Below are positions 24,344 to 38,400 of a stretch of 64,000 nt of DNA, piece after piece (positions within the stretch are counted from its first letter, which is position 1; every line of letters begins with the position of its first letter). This DNA is from Mytilus californianus. Taxonomy: Eukaryota. A program made the position numbers and the translations under genes. The notes beneath the pieces are model-generated. The model ran no database searches. It was not told where the DNA came from and worked only from the letters and a program-made list of their open reading frames with translations. Where the stretch lies: contig NW_026262745.1 in the NCBI RefSeq assembly GCF_021869535.1, forward strand, positions 24,428,001 to 24,492,000. Direction: 5' to 3'.

Positions 24344-25942
24344 TACATTCTGTTTTCATTGATATATACTTTATATGTTATACAGGTATTATTTTTGTTA
24401 TTGTTACATAAATATAAAAGCTTTAATAAAATGTACACAATTATTCAAACTATAAAAGCCTGTTGTGACACAAAATTTCTGCCCCTATCCTAAATACCCT
24501 CAATTTTTAGTAGCAGTCTTAATTTTCCTTCCTTCATCTTGGTCGACATGATTATCAAAACCTGCCTATTGTACTAATTTGTTCTAATCTTTATCATGTA
24601 TGAAATGTTTGCCACTGAATGTAAAGTAGCACGTGTACAACTTCATGTCAGGAAGAAGAAATTGTGTTAGTTTGGTGGAATTCTGTCAAGTCGTTTTTCG
24701 AGGAATTGAGGATAAACAAACTGCTATAAGCAAAAAAATGGCTAACTTAATTTTTTGGTATGGTAATCCCAAAAATTAAAATAGCCGGTGCACAACTTGG
24801 TATTCAATAGAAGAATATGTGCTGAATGCTGTCAGTCTAAACAACAGCAGGTTTGTTTTCATTGGAATTACCCATATTCTCAAATTACAACTAGGTTTTT
24901 AGGAATTGTGAGGAAAAAACTGAGTCATCTTTTATTTAGTCTGGATAAAACTTTAAATGATTCTACATCATATATATAGAAAGAATTTAACTGAATAGAA
25001 TATCTTTCCCATGGCTACTGTTGTATACATGTATGTTAACTTCAAATAGTTCTAGAAGCTCAGGAGTTATATTTATCTAGGAATTTATTGGTTAATACCA
25101 AGGCCAACGTTCAGAATTATTGAATAAAAATAGTAATTTATACTTTATTGATATGCTTGCTATTCATTACAGCTCAGAACAGCAAATATACAAGTAAATG
25201 CATTATGCAGATGTAAAAATACAAACAAAAGCATGACAAATTTTGTTTATTTTCCAAATATATATGATCTGCTAATAATTCAAAATCAATAAACAAAGAC
25301 ATCAATATTTCTATCATCTGTTAACTTTGAGGTAATCACAAAAAGTTAAATAATTAAGGAAATCTTTTGAATAAATAACAATTTTTCACAGATGAAGCAA
25401 CAAATTATTTTTAACACATCTCCACTATAATTTTTTTTTTTAATTTCTTGATAGACTGAAGGCTTATTTGTTATAAAATCTTTAGCATCAGTAACAGTAA
25501 AATACATAATAAATTACTTAATTAAAAGAAAATATTGCAGCTTTCCCTTATAAATAACACATACCTAATACAAATCATATAACATATAAGAAAAGGAGAA
25601 AACTAAATTTGGTTCATTATAGAAATGCACTTCCTTTGAGTGACCTGAGTTACGAGCACCAAGGTACAATCTAATGCATGACCTTAAAAATGTCAAACAT
25701 CAGTAAACATAATATCATGTAATCAATTTCTGTCAGATAATGAGAAGTGATTGTGAACTAAAAGATATTTTGAACTCTTATATCATTTGAAAATTAATCT
25801 AAAAAAAATATCAACATAACGAAGATCCAATTTTCAATAAAATAAATTGAAAATTTCAAGGTCTCTGCACTTTTTCTCAATGCCTGATAACAATCTTTTG
25901 TATTACATAATATATCTGTGCTTTCCCAGATACCAATTCATA

Positions 25943-26476
25943 TTATTCTTTTTCCTGTTCTGTTTTGTCAGTTGATGGATTAATTACTTCATTCTTATTA
26001 ATGATACCCTTATGCAACAGATCTTCTGTATGATCTGTTGATCCTGTTTGGCTTTCATTATTAGCCTGTAATTGGTCATTTTGGTTATTGATAGATTCTG
26101 ATTGGTCTAATTTAGATTCTTTGAAGTTTGAACTATCAGACTGTAATTGGTCACTTGGCTTATTGATAGATTCACATTTGTCTGATTTAGATTCTATGAC
26201 TTCCAAATTATCAGACTGTGATTGGTCATTTGGCTTATTAATAGATTCTGATTGGTCTGATTTAGATTCTGTGATATCTGAATTATCAGACTGTGATTGG
26301 TCATTTGGCTTATGGATAGATTCTGATTGGTCTGATTTAGATTCCGTGAAGTCTGATTTGTTACTTTCATCCTTAACAGTTTTTTCTGCATCATCAATAT
26401 AGATAATATCTTCTGGATTTGGTGGTCTGGGTAAGAAGTCTTCTCCTGGCATTAAATTCTCAAATATATCTCTTGA
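25943..26476 (-). CDS. CHM: REP terminal exon 17 (acidic repeat tail)
   Basis: ttttcaag acceptor then [26 protein letters not shown]; stop at 25943. Confidence 0.9.
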   Translation of the reverse strand, partial: SRDIFENLMPGEDFLPRPPNPEDIIYIDDAEKTVKDESNKSDFTESKSDQSESIHKPNDQSQSDNSDITESKSDQSESINKPNDQSQSDNLEVIESKSDKCESINKPSDQLQSDSSNFKESKLDQSESINNQNDQLQANNESQTGSTDHTEDLLHKGIINKNEVINPSTDKTEQEKE

Positions 26477-29400
26477 CTTGAAAAAGAAAATACATAAAAA
26501 TTCTATTAAGATATTATAAAAGCAGGAGAAACAAAAATGTAAAAAAAAAAGTAGAAAATTGACTTTTCAAAAGTAGAAATTTCTAATTTATAAGGTTTTG
26601 ATTTTGTAAAACTAGTATGCTACTTGATTCAAGTAAATAATGTGATTTGTTTCAAAATGAAAAAGATTCATTTAAAAATTTGTAATTTGGTTCTAAAAAA
26701 AGATATTCTTACGAAAGAGAAAAGAAAATGTGTGTTATTATTTACTCTTTTATGAAGTCAATTTGAATAAAGCATATGATGGCATTTTCCATTTTAAACT
26801 GTCTCTAAATTTAAGTCCAAGAAAACATGTAAGCCTGCTGAGAGTTCCTTTACCTATCCTCATTTTAGTGCCTAAGGATATTTGGTCATAAATGGTGAAA
26901 TCAAGGTTGTTCCCATTTATAATATATAAGTGTTTTTAAAAATAAACTGATTTTTATGATCTACCTACTCTATTTTTTATAACTGAAGTTATCCTAGTAA
27001 AACATTGTTTCTTGGCCTAATTAATTTTAACAGTGTAATGCCTTGGCTTAATACAAAATATACTTTAGTCAGATTATTAATTCTAATGAAAATAGTCACT
27101 CCATTTTAGCCTGACAAGTCATCTTTGCAAGGATGCTTTCCCTACGGAATATTACTAGAATAAAAGAGATAAATTGACTGTTTAAAATTTGGAAATTTTT
27201 CATGAAATTTATATTTTAATTCTTCATGACATTTATATTTTTAAATGTTGAATTGGCCTAAAACTAAATTAATTTCATTTACGAACATACAGAAATAATA
27301 TATCAATCAACAATCACATTGCAAAATATATCTACTAAAGTTTTATGTAATGCAATTGTTACAATTCTTTCAACAAATATATTTATAAAAATGCATTATG
27401 ATTCACCAAATCCTTTCATTTTTACCTGATCTACAACAATATCTAGGTCCAACTGTGGTCCAGGTCCAGGAATCACTATCACGTTTTCTGGAACAACAGT
27501 CCTATCCACTGTTACATCACAATAAAATTCTCTTTTGAAAAACATGGACCACATAATTACTGGTTTACCATCATCTACAACATAAAAAACTGTTGTGAAC
27601 ATCTGACGAACAACATTAAATGGACATGTAGGGTGAAGGGCCATAAGACAGCAACCCAACAATAAAATAAAACATAAACAAATATCTAAAAGTCAACAAA
27701 CTGTCTTCAATAATAGAAAGGTGTTCATATTATATGCCACAGTCTAAATAGAATTGAGCCTGTAGACCTAGAAAATTGTGAACGAAAATATCTTTTTTTT
27801 TACAATTAAATAAAGTTTATTGCACAACTGCTGTTTTACATTTTACCAATATTACAGCTTTAGTCTGGGTACTTTGTAACTAGTTACTGAACTTCTAGGA
27901 AATAATTATAGAAAAACTAATCCAAGAATTCAAATATAGAAAAATATTCAGTGAGTGACTAAACAACACATTAATTCATGAAAAGCATAGTGCATGAGTT
28001 AATTGTCAGTGTTGTTCAGTCACGAGTTGAATATTTTTCGATATTTTAATTTCTGGATTAGTTATTCTTTTTATTGCATTGACCATGGCAACGACAATCG
28101 CTAAGGTTCCTGACTTCATACAGGTATATTAACATTTAGGTAAGTTTGTGAGTGCTAATCCCTCTCTATTTATAAATCTTGATAATGTAAATGGTACATA
28201 GAAAAACGCAAGGAACAATTGTCCAGAAAATCTCATTTTGACAACACAAAAAAGATACAGGTATAAAATAATTTTAACAATTTAACACTAACCAACACTG
28301 AATAAAATGTACTTTATGTGACTACTGCAATAATGAATGTATATAAAATCTTTTACCTTGACTAGGTTCTATCTGGAATAATGTTTTGACTATATCTTGT
28401 AAATCTAATTCTGGTGTAGTATCCCCATTTTCTGTTTCCATTGTTATATGTACAACATCTAAAAATAAAAATTTAATTTGTGTATCCACGATTACATTTA
28501 AAACATCTGAAATCATAAAATCATAAAACTGATTATTTTATGAATATTTGTCAATTTATATATATAATACCGTTTTTGTGTGATAGTGTTTAATGAAACT
28601 ATTCACAAAAATTCATGCTAGTCAAGTTTATTTCTGAAAGAAACAGACATCAATCCTACCTTTGATTCATTTTAAGAGCTTATCTGGACAAGCCCTCATT
28701 AGAAACACTTACATGGATAACAAATTTATTGTAAAGCAGAAAGACACTTAAAACTGATGAAAAGCTTAACAGATTTATTTATACAGGGTTGTTTTGACAC
28801 AAAGTTCCATTTTTAAAAACTAGCAAAATGCGATGCTTTACATTTGAGCTATACACACTTTCAATGTAATTAAAGTGATATTCAGACAGATACTGTGGTT
28901 TTATCTATTACAATGGGAACCAATTTTTGTGGATTGAGGTAATATTATATTCTCATGACTACTTTATTTCATGGTTTTAACAAATAACAAGCCTAAAGAA
29001 AATTTTGTAATGTTAAACAATTCAATTTGTGGTATAGTTTTACTATTGAAAATCACAAAAATAATTATCCCTCAAATAATAAACTGTTAAACTGCGGGGC
29101 CAAATATTCTCCATGGAAATGAGATGTGCTAATGCTTATACAACTGAACAACAATCAACATTGGCCTACCACTAATGGTTCCCCTTGAACTGACCTAATC
29201 ACAAACTAATATATGTTAACTTAGCAAAATTTTCAAAGTCTATAGACCATGACTAAGGGGGCGGAGCCAAATATTCTCCATGGAAATGAGATATGCCAAT
29301 GCTTATACAACTGCATACCAAATATCATTGACCTACCACTAGTGGTTCCCCATAAATTGACCTAATCACAAACTAATACATGTAGACTATGAAAAGTTTC

Positions 29401-32400
29401 AAAGTCAATAGACCTTGACTGAGGGGGGGGGGGGGGGGGCAAATAATCTCCATGGTGATGAGATGTGCCAATGCTAATACAACTGCATACCAAATATCAT
29501 TGACCTACCACTAGTGGTTCACCATGAACTAGACCTAATCACAAACTAATACATTGTTGACGCCGCCGCCGACGCCGGAAACAGCATACCTTTGTCTCGT
29601 TTTTTGACTCTGTCAAGGCGAGACAAAAATGAATCAACAGTAAACAGACAATGATAAAGTTTAAATAACTTTCGCTAAAATACAGTGTATTATACTTACT
29701 TAGAGGTGAAGGACTGGACATAGAAGAGGGTGGTAACTCTATCACAGTTGTTAAGTAACGCCCATCACTATTAGGTATTTGTAACAATGATAACTGAAAC
29801 AATCAATGAAAGGTGAACTTTAAAAGGCAAAATTGATTATTCAAGATTTACTTTTGATGTTCTTTTTTTCGCAATGCAACTAATAATATTACAACCGTAA
29901 GGAAAAATTTCACAATCAATATGTATCATCAGCTTCACACATTCCTTTTTAAATGTAGATTTAAATTCAAAAGCCTCTTCCATCTCACAGCAGAATTCTT
30001 GAAAAAAGTCTGAGGGTTTGTGAATTCAATTATGTGTTCAAATGGATTCGCATATTTGTCTGTAGATTGCTATCTTAAAAATATTATTAATCATGCTTGT
30101 ACAAAGTAAAGCAATATATACTTATACAACATTATGATTTTGTCCTGCATGTAATATTTGTTGCAGACATAAGGCAACCATCATTCAACCAATTGTTGAC
30201 ATCAATTGGCATGCTTATTGTATAGGTAAAGTGTAAATTGATAGCACAGAAATATCTTGTCTGGAAGCAATGTATAACATAATTCCTTCAGCAAAGGTCA
30301 ACGGAAATAACCTTAGCAATATTTTGCCAAAAAACATAATGAAGAAAATCAATCCTACAATAATTCTTACTGTATTTATAGGACAAACAAAAATGAATTA
30401 GAACAATTCTGTCCTCACCTGTACCTTAAAAAAAAGAAAAATGTGTCTGAGGACACAAATGACACAGCTCAAGCTTTGCAATTTTCCAAGTTAAATAAAA
30501 TGCTTCGCTGGGGCGCAGCTTGATACGACCGCAGAGGTCGAACCCTGAACAGTTGGGGCAAGTATGGACACAACATTCAAGCTTGATACAGCTCTGAATT
30601 TGGATTGTTATTAAATATTTGACACAGCATAGGTTTCTGACACAGAAAGAATGTGGTCTAAGAACTTGAATTTTTTTAATTTACCTATTATGGTCCAATG
30701 TCCAAAATCAAAATACATGGTTAGATTCAGCATATCAAAGAACCCCATATATTCAATTTTTGTTAAAATCAAACAAAGTTTAATTTTGGACCCCAACTTG
30801 AACAAACTTGAAAACTGGGCCCATAATCAAAAATCTAAACACATGTTTAGATTCAGCATATCAAAGAACCCCAAGAATTCAATTTTTGTTAAAATCAAAC
30901 TAAGTTTAATTTTGGACCCTTTGGACCTTAATGTAGACCAATTTAAAAAACAGGACTTAAAATTAAAAATCTAAATACACGGTTAGATTTGGAATATCAA
31001 AGAACCCCAATAATTCAATTTTTGATGAAATCAAACAAAGTTTAATTTTGGACCCTTTTGACCTCAATATGAACCAATTTGATAGCGGGGCCCACAAATA
31101 AAAAATCAAAATTCATGGTTAGATTCAGCATATCAAAGAACCCCATATATTCAATTTTTGTTGAAATCAAAAAAAGTTTAATTTTGGACCCCAACTTGGA
31201 CAAACTTGAAAACTGGGCCCATAATCAAAAATCTAAACACATGTTTAGATTCAGCATATCAAAGAACCCCAAGAATTCAATTTTTGCTAAAATCAAACTA
31301 AGTTTAATTTTGGACCCTTTGGACCTTAATGTAGACCAATTTAAAAAACGGGACCTAAAATTAAAAATCTAAATACACGGTTAGATTTGGAATATCAAAG
31401 AACCCCAATAATTCAATTTTTGATGAAATCAAACAAAGTTTAATTTTGGACCCTTTTGACCTCAATATGAACCAATTTGATAGGGGGGCCCACAAATAAA
31501 AAAATCTAAATACATGGTTAGATTCAGCATATCAAAGAACCTCATATATTCAATTTTTGTGGAAATCAAACAAAGTTTAATTTTGGACCCCAATTTGGAC
31601 CAACTTGAAAGCTGGGCCCATAATCAAAAATCTAAATACTTGTTTAGATTCAGCATATCAAAGAACCCCATATATTCAATTTTTGTTGAAATCAAACAAA
31701 GTTTAAATACTGGACCCTATCTTGGACCAACTTGAAAACTGGGCCCATAATCAAAAATCTAAACACATGTTTAGATTTAGCATATCAAAGAACCCCAAAA
31801 ATTCAATTTTTGTTAAAATCAAACTAAGCTTAATTTGGGACCCTTTGGACCTTAATGTAGACCAAATTAAAAAACAGGACCCAAAATTAAAAATCTAAAT
31901 ACACGGTTAGATTTGGAATATCAAAGAACCCCAATAATTCAATTTCAGATGAAATCAAACAAAGTTTAAATTTGGACCCTTTTGACCTCAATATGAACCA
32001 ATTTGATAACGGGGTCCACAAATAAAAAATCTAAATACATGGTTAGATTCAGCATATCAAAGAACCCCATATATTTAATTTTTGTTGAAATCGAACAAAG
32101 TTTAATTTTGGACCCCAATTTGGACTAACTTGAAAACTGGGCCAATCTAAATACATGTTTAGATTCAGCATATCAAAGAACCTCATATATTCAATTTTTG
32201 CTAAAATTAAACAAAGTTTAATTTTGGACCCTTTGGACCTTAATGTAGACCAATTTGAAAACTGGACCCAAAATTAAAAATCTAAATACACTGTTAGATT
32301 CGGCATAACAAATAAATAAATGTGATCAAAGATTTTACAAATCTAATGCGCCATACTGTGCAATTAAAGATTACTTCTTGAAATTTTTCAATATTTGAAA

Positions 32401-35400
32401 TTTGAAAAAAAAATAATATTTGAAGAATATTTCTTTTTAATTTCTGAAATCTGAAATGAGAAAAAATTGACCCCCCACAATTTCTTTTTATCCCCCCCCC
32501 CCCCCACCTTTTTTCCCCCAAAAAATTCTTTCCCTCAAGATATAGTCATAATCTCAATTCAAATTTCCAATGGAGTTGGCAACCATAATTACCCATTTAA
32601 ATTTACCATAGTGCTAACTTAATCTATTTTATAATAGAATTAAAAATATAGTGTCAAATCTTTCATATGGATTTTTTTGTAAAAAAAAAAGATGCAACAT
32701 TTGCAGATATTTTTACTGGTCTTCCTTTATAAATATGCATTTCTTTAAACATAATTTAAAAGCAGTGTAAGGGAAGTAACTAAAACGTTGTATTTGGATT
32801 ACCTCCCTTACACTGTTTTAAATTATCTTTATTGTTCATTAACCATTACTTTATACATAATTTAAAAGCAGTGTAAGGGAGATAATTTCAATGATGTATT
32901 TGATTTATCTCCCTTACACTGCTTTAAATTATGTTTTGTACTAAAGTATTTGTCCATTAACCAGGACAACCTTGTTTTTCCCCCTTTTTTGCCCCTAATT
33001 CCTAAACGGTTTGAGCCATAACCCCCAAAGCAAATCCTTACCATCCCTTTGTGGTATGGAAACTTGTAGTATAATTTCAGAGAGATCCATACACCGTTGC
33101 ACAGTTATTGTCTGGAAACTAGAAAATGCTTATTTTTGGCCCCTTTTTGGCCCCTAATTCCTTAACTGTTGGTACCATAACCCCCAAAATCAATCCCAAC
33201 CTTCCTTTTGTGGTATTTAACCTTATGGTCAAATTTCAAAAAGATCCATTCACTTAAACTAAAGTTAGAGTGCGAAAACCAATGTGTATTCGGACGACGA
33301 CGACGCCGGACGACGACGACGACGCCAACGTCATACCAATATACAACCACAAAATTTTTTTGCGGTCGTATAAAAAGGGCATAACTTTAGAACGGTAAAT
33401 GACTCACAACCCAAATTCGAACTCTGTCTGCGTGTTGTTGTTCTAAGCATTGTGTATGAGATTCATAAAATTTGGATAAGACAAAATTCAGTAAGAGTGC
33501 GGAAATGAAAATAGGACGGACGGACGGTAGGTCAACGGTAACACTTAATGCCCCACATATAAATCAATTTGTCATATTTTTATTCATCTAAAATCATGAT
33601 TCCTGAGATATCCATACATCTAATGTGCTTAGTTCTGAATTGTCAAATGTAAACGCTTATTTACAGTCCCAAAAATATGTGCTCCATCTGAATGCATATT
33701 TTTACATACTGGTACAAGTATTAACAATAAATGATTGAAATTTATATACAATTTGATGTGCCTGATAAATTACATGCCTCTTACTTCACTACACAAGCCT
33801 ACCTGTTGTGAATCATCATGTAATATACTTCTGTCTGTAACCAGCACTACTCTGGATATATACCTTATAAGAATATAAAACAAATTCTAAATGATAAACA
33901 CTTCATAAAACAAAGGTAAGACATAATGTCAATGGAAAGAAGAGTATGCTGTTCTAATTTATGACACAAAATTCTTAATGTAATTTTTAAAAAATATAAA
34001 AAAAATACTAACATGAACCTACTATAGTATATAAAACACTAACCATTGCCATCTTTTATATGTTTATTTTAAAGGGGCACTAGCTACGAGATATATAAAA
34101 AATATAAAATATGATTTTTTTTGTTCAATCAATAATGAAAGTGAAAAAGTGAAATAATATATCGCTTTTAGCAGCCAGTATGGTTCAATTTTGTCAAAAT
34201 AAGCTAAGAAACATTGATGATGAATTATTCACTTGCAAGTGAATAATTCGACCTCATTGAATCCGTATTCATGTGAACTTCAATTCAACCCCTTAGCTAA
34301 GAGATGGATACTCTGGATATGTGTTGTGCGTGTTCAATTATTTAAATGAAAAGAATGTCAACATTGAAAATGAAACAAAGGTAAATCATTTGATTGACTG
34401 ATTCGATCCACAAAAAAATCATTCTTATACAGGTAAAAACGATTATTAACATATATTTTTAATCTATAATATGAAATTAAACAGACCTAGAAAAATCCAA
34501 ATGCACGAGTCTGATTTATATCTATATTTATGTTTATATCTCTTATATGGCAATCGGAGGTGTTCGGAGGTCAACTCGACAGTTAATTAGATAGCGTCTA
34601 GACTAAAATACACACGAAACGAAGCTACATATTATCGAGCCCATGCCCGGTATATTGTTTATTTTAGACTTTTTATAATTTGAATAAATGTTTGACATTG
34701 TTATAAATCAAATATGAGAATTTGAGTCAAATCAGTGAACATGAATTTGACAGCTAGTGCCCCTTTATCAAGCTTTAGTTTTCAGTGTCGTCTTCAGTTT
34801 TCTTAGTCCTGATTTTGAACAGTTCTCACAATCTATATTCTTTATAACAAGTCTTTGTCTTGACTGTCTTTCTGATTCTGAACTACTATTTTAGCTTTCA
34901 GAAGTCAGACTTTTTAAAGTATAATTTTAAGGTTTTGTCATATTTTGCTTGGAAATTGATGAGGTAAATATCCAAAATGATTTACCTTTTATTGGAAGCA
35001 TTAAACAGTGAAACTGGCACAGACGATTCCTCTATTATAACATATCTGAAAGTATATGAATCAAAATAATTGATTAAATTAGATACCAGTATATAATATA
35101 GCCATTTCTATCACTTTGCATAAACACTAGTTGTTTTAACTGCCATACATATTTTGGGGTATCTGAAAATATGGACTATAAAGAAATGATAAATGATGAA
35201 TTAGAATTGTTTTCTCAACACAGGTCAAAACTACTATAAATTTTGTCAATAAAAAGTCTGGGCTACACTTTACATCTAAAATTATATTAAATACCTTCCT
35301 TCTTTTAATTAAAACCTATTAAATAGACTACCTTACTTTCTTGCCTTTATTTTGATTTTTTACTGCATAAAACAATGTTTTATGTAACTTTATAAACTAT

Positions 35401-38400
35401 TTATATCCACTAACATATGTATTTTTTATCAATCAAGTTTAATTTGTTCAAAATTTTATACAATACAAAAAAGCTTTCATTTAACATGCAACTAAGCTGC
35501 TTTCTGAGATTTATTTAAAAAGATAATATTTTTGCTTATGAGTTTAGAATTAAACCATTCAATGCTTTTCTTAACAAGAATGTGTCCATAATACATGGAT
35601 GCTCCACTCCCACTATCATTTTCTATGTTCAGTGGACCGTGAAATTGGGGTCAAAACTCTAATTTGGCATTAATCATGGAAAGATCATATCATAGGGAAC
35701 ATGTGTACAAAGTTTCCAGTTGATTGGACTTCAACTTCATCAAAAACTACCTTGACCAAAAACTTTAACCTGAAGCGGGACAGACGGACGGACGCACAGA
35801 CTGAATAAAATGCTTCGCTGGGCGCAGCTTGATACGACCGCAGAGGTCGAACCCTGAACAGTTGGGGCAAGTATGGACACAACATTCAAGCTTGATACAG
35901 CTCTGAATTTGGATTGTGATTAAATATTTGACACAGCATAGGTTTCTGACACAGAAAGAATGTGGTCTAAGAACTTCAATTTTTTTAATTTACCTATTAT
36001 GGTCCAATGTTCAAAATACATGGTTAGATTCAGCATATCAAAGAACCCCATATATTCAATTTTTGTTGAAATCAAACAAAGTTTAATTTTGGACCCCAAC
36101 TTGGACCAACTTGAAAACTGGGCCCATAATCAAAAATCTAAACACATGTTTAGATTCAGCATATCAAAAATCCCAGGAATTCAATTTTTGTTAAAATCAA
36201 ACTAAGTTTAATTTTGGACCCTTTGGACCTTAATGTAGACCAATTTAAAAAACGGGACCCAAAATTAAAAATCTAACAACACGGTTAGATTTGGCATATC
36301 AAAGAACCCCAATAATTCAATTTTTGATGAAATCAAACAAAGTTTGATTTTGGACCCTTTTGACCTCAATATGAACCCATTTGATAGCGGGCCCACAAAT
36401 AAAAAATCTAAATACAAGGTAAGATTCAGCATATCAAAGAACCCCATATATTCAATTTTTGTTGAAATCAAACAAAGTTTAATTTTGGACCCCAATTTGG
36501 ACCAACTTGAAAACTTGGCCAAAATCTAAAATCTAAATACATGTTTAGATTCAGCATATCAAAGAACCCCATATATTCAATTTTTGTTGAAATCAAACAA
36601 AGTTTAATTTTGTTGGACCCCAACTTGGACCAACTTGAAAACTGGGCTCATAATCAAAAATCTAAACACATGTTTAGATTCAGCATATCAAAGAACCCCA
36701 AAAATTCAATTTTTGTTAAAAATCAAACTAAGTTTAATTTTGGACCCTTTGGACCTTAATGTAGACCAATTTAAAAAACGGGACCCAAAATTAAAAATCT
36801 AAATACACGGTTAGATTTGGCATATCAAAGAACCCCAATAATTAAATTTTTGATGAAATCAAACAAAGTTTAATTTTGGACCCTTTTGACCTCAATATGA
36901 ACCAATTTGATAGCGGGCCCACAAATAAAAAATCTGAATACATGGTAAGATTCAGCATATCAAAGAACCCATATATTCAATTTTTGTTGAAATCAAACAA
37001 AGTTTAATTTTGGACCCCAATTTGGACCAACTTGAAAACTGGGCCAAAAATCAAAAATCTAAATACATGTTTAGATTCAGCATATCAAAGAACCCCATAT
37101 ATTCAATTTTTGTTGAAATCAAACAAAGTTTAATTTTGGACCCCAACTTGGACCAACTTGAAAACTGGGCCCATAATCAAAAATCTAAACACATGTTTAG
37201 ATTCAGCATATCAAAGAACCCCAAGAATTCAATTTTTGTTAAAATCAAACTAAGTTTAATTTTGGACCCTTTGGACCTTAATGTAGACCAATTTAAAAAA
37301 CGGGACCCAAAATTAAAAATCTAAATACACGGTTAGATTTGGCATATCAAAGAACCCCAATAATTAAATTTTTGATGAAATCAAACAAAGTTTAATTTTG
37401 GACCCTTTTGACCTCAATATGAACCAATTTGATAGCGGGCCCACAAATAAAAAATCTAAATACATGGTTAGATTCAGCATATCAAAGAACCCCATATATT
37501 CAATTTTTGTTGAAATCAAACAAAGTTTAATTTTGGACCCCAATTTGGACCAACTTGAAAACTGGGCCAAAAATCAAAAATCTAAATACATGTTTAGATT
37601 CAGCATATCAAAGAACCCCATATATTCAATTTTTGTTAAAATCAAACAAATTTTAATTTTGGACCCTTTGGACCTTAATGTAGACCAATTTGAAAACTGG
37701 ATCCAAAATTAAAAATCTAAATACATCGTTAGATTCGGCATAACAAATAAATAAATGTGGTCAAAGATTTTACAAATCTAATGCGCCATACTGTGCAATT
37801 AAAGATTACTTCTTGAAATTTTTCAATATTTGAAATTTGAAAAAAAAATAATATTTGAAGAATAATTCTTTTTAATTTCTGAATTCTGAAATGAGAAAAA
37901 ATTGACCCCCCACAATTTCTTTTTACCCCCACCCCCCCCCCCCCCCATTTTTTCCCCCAAACCATAATTACCCATTTAAATTTACCATAGTGCTAACTTA
38001 ATCTATTTTATAATAGAATTTAAAATATAGTGTCAAATCTTTCATATGGTTTTTTTTGTAAAAAAAAAAGATGCAACATTTGCAGATATTTTTACTGGTC
38101 TTCCTTTATAAATATGCATTTCTTTAAACATAATTTAAAAGCAGTGTAAGGGAAGTAACCAAAACGTTGTATTTGGATTACCTCCCTTACACTGTTTTAA
38201 ATTATCTTAATTGTTCATTAACCATTACTTTATACATAATTTAAAAGCAGTGTAAGGGAGATAATTTCAATGATGTATTTGATTTATCTCCCTTACACTG
38301 CTTTAAATTATGTTTTGTACTAAAGTATTTGTCCATTAACCAGGACAACCTTGTTTTTCCCCCTTTTTTGCCCCTAATTCTTAAACGGTTTGAGCCATAA

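Noticed and set aside
26088-26402. Plus-strand 104-aa repetitive ORF, and 45041-45271 (+)
   Set aside because: Antisense shadows of the REP coding minisatellites
30705-32300. CRISPR-like appearance of regularly spaced repeats
   Set aside because: Units are contiguous tandem monomers with no unique spacers, the context is eukaryotic, and there are no cas genes
30611-37712. Many repeated ORFs ([26 protein letters not shown]...)
   Set aside because: Translations of the satellite monomers in the HINE elements; the frames break between units, so they are not a protein family
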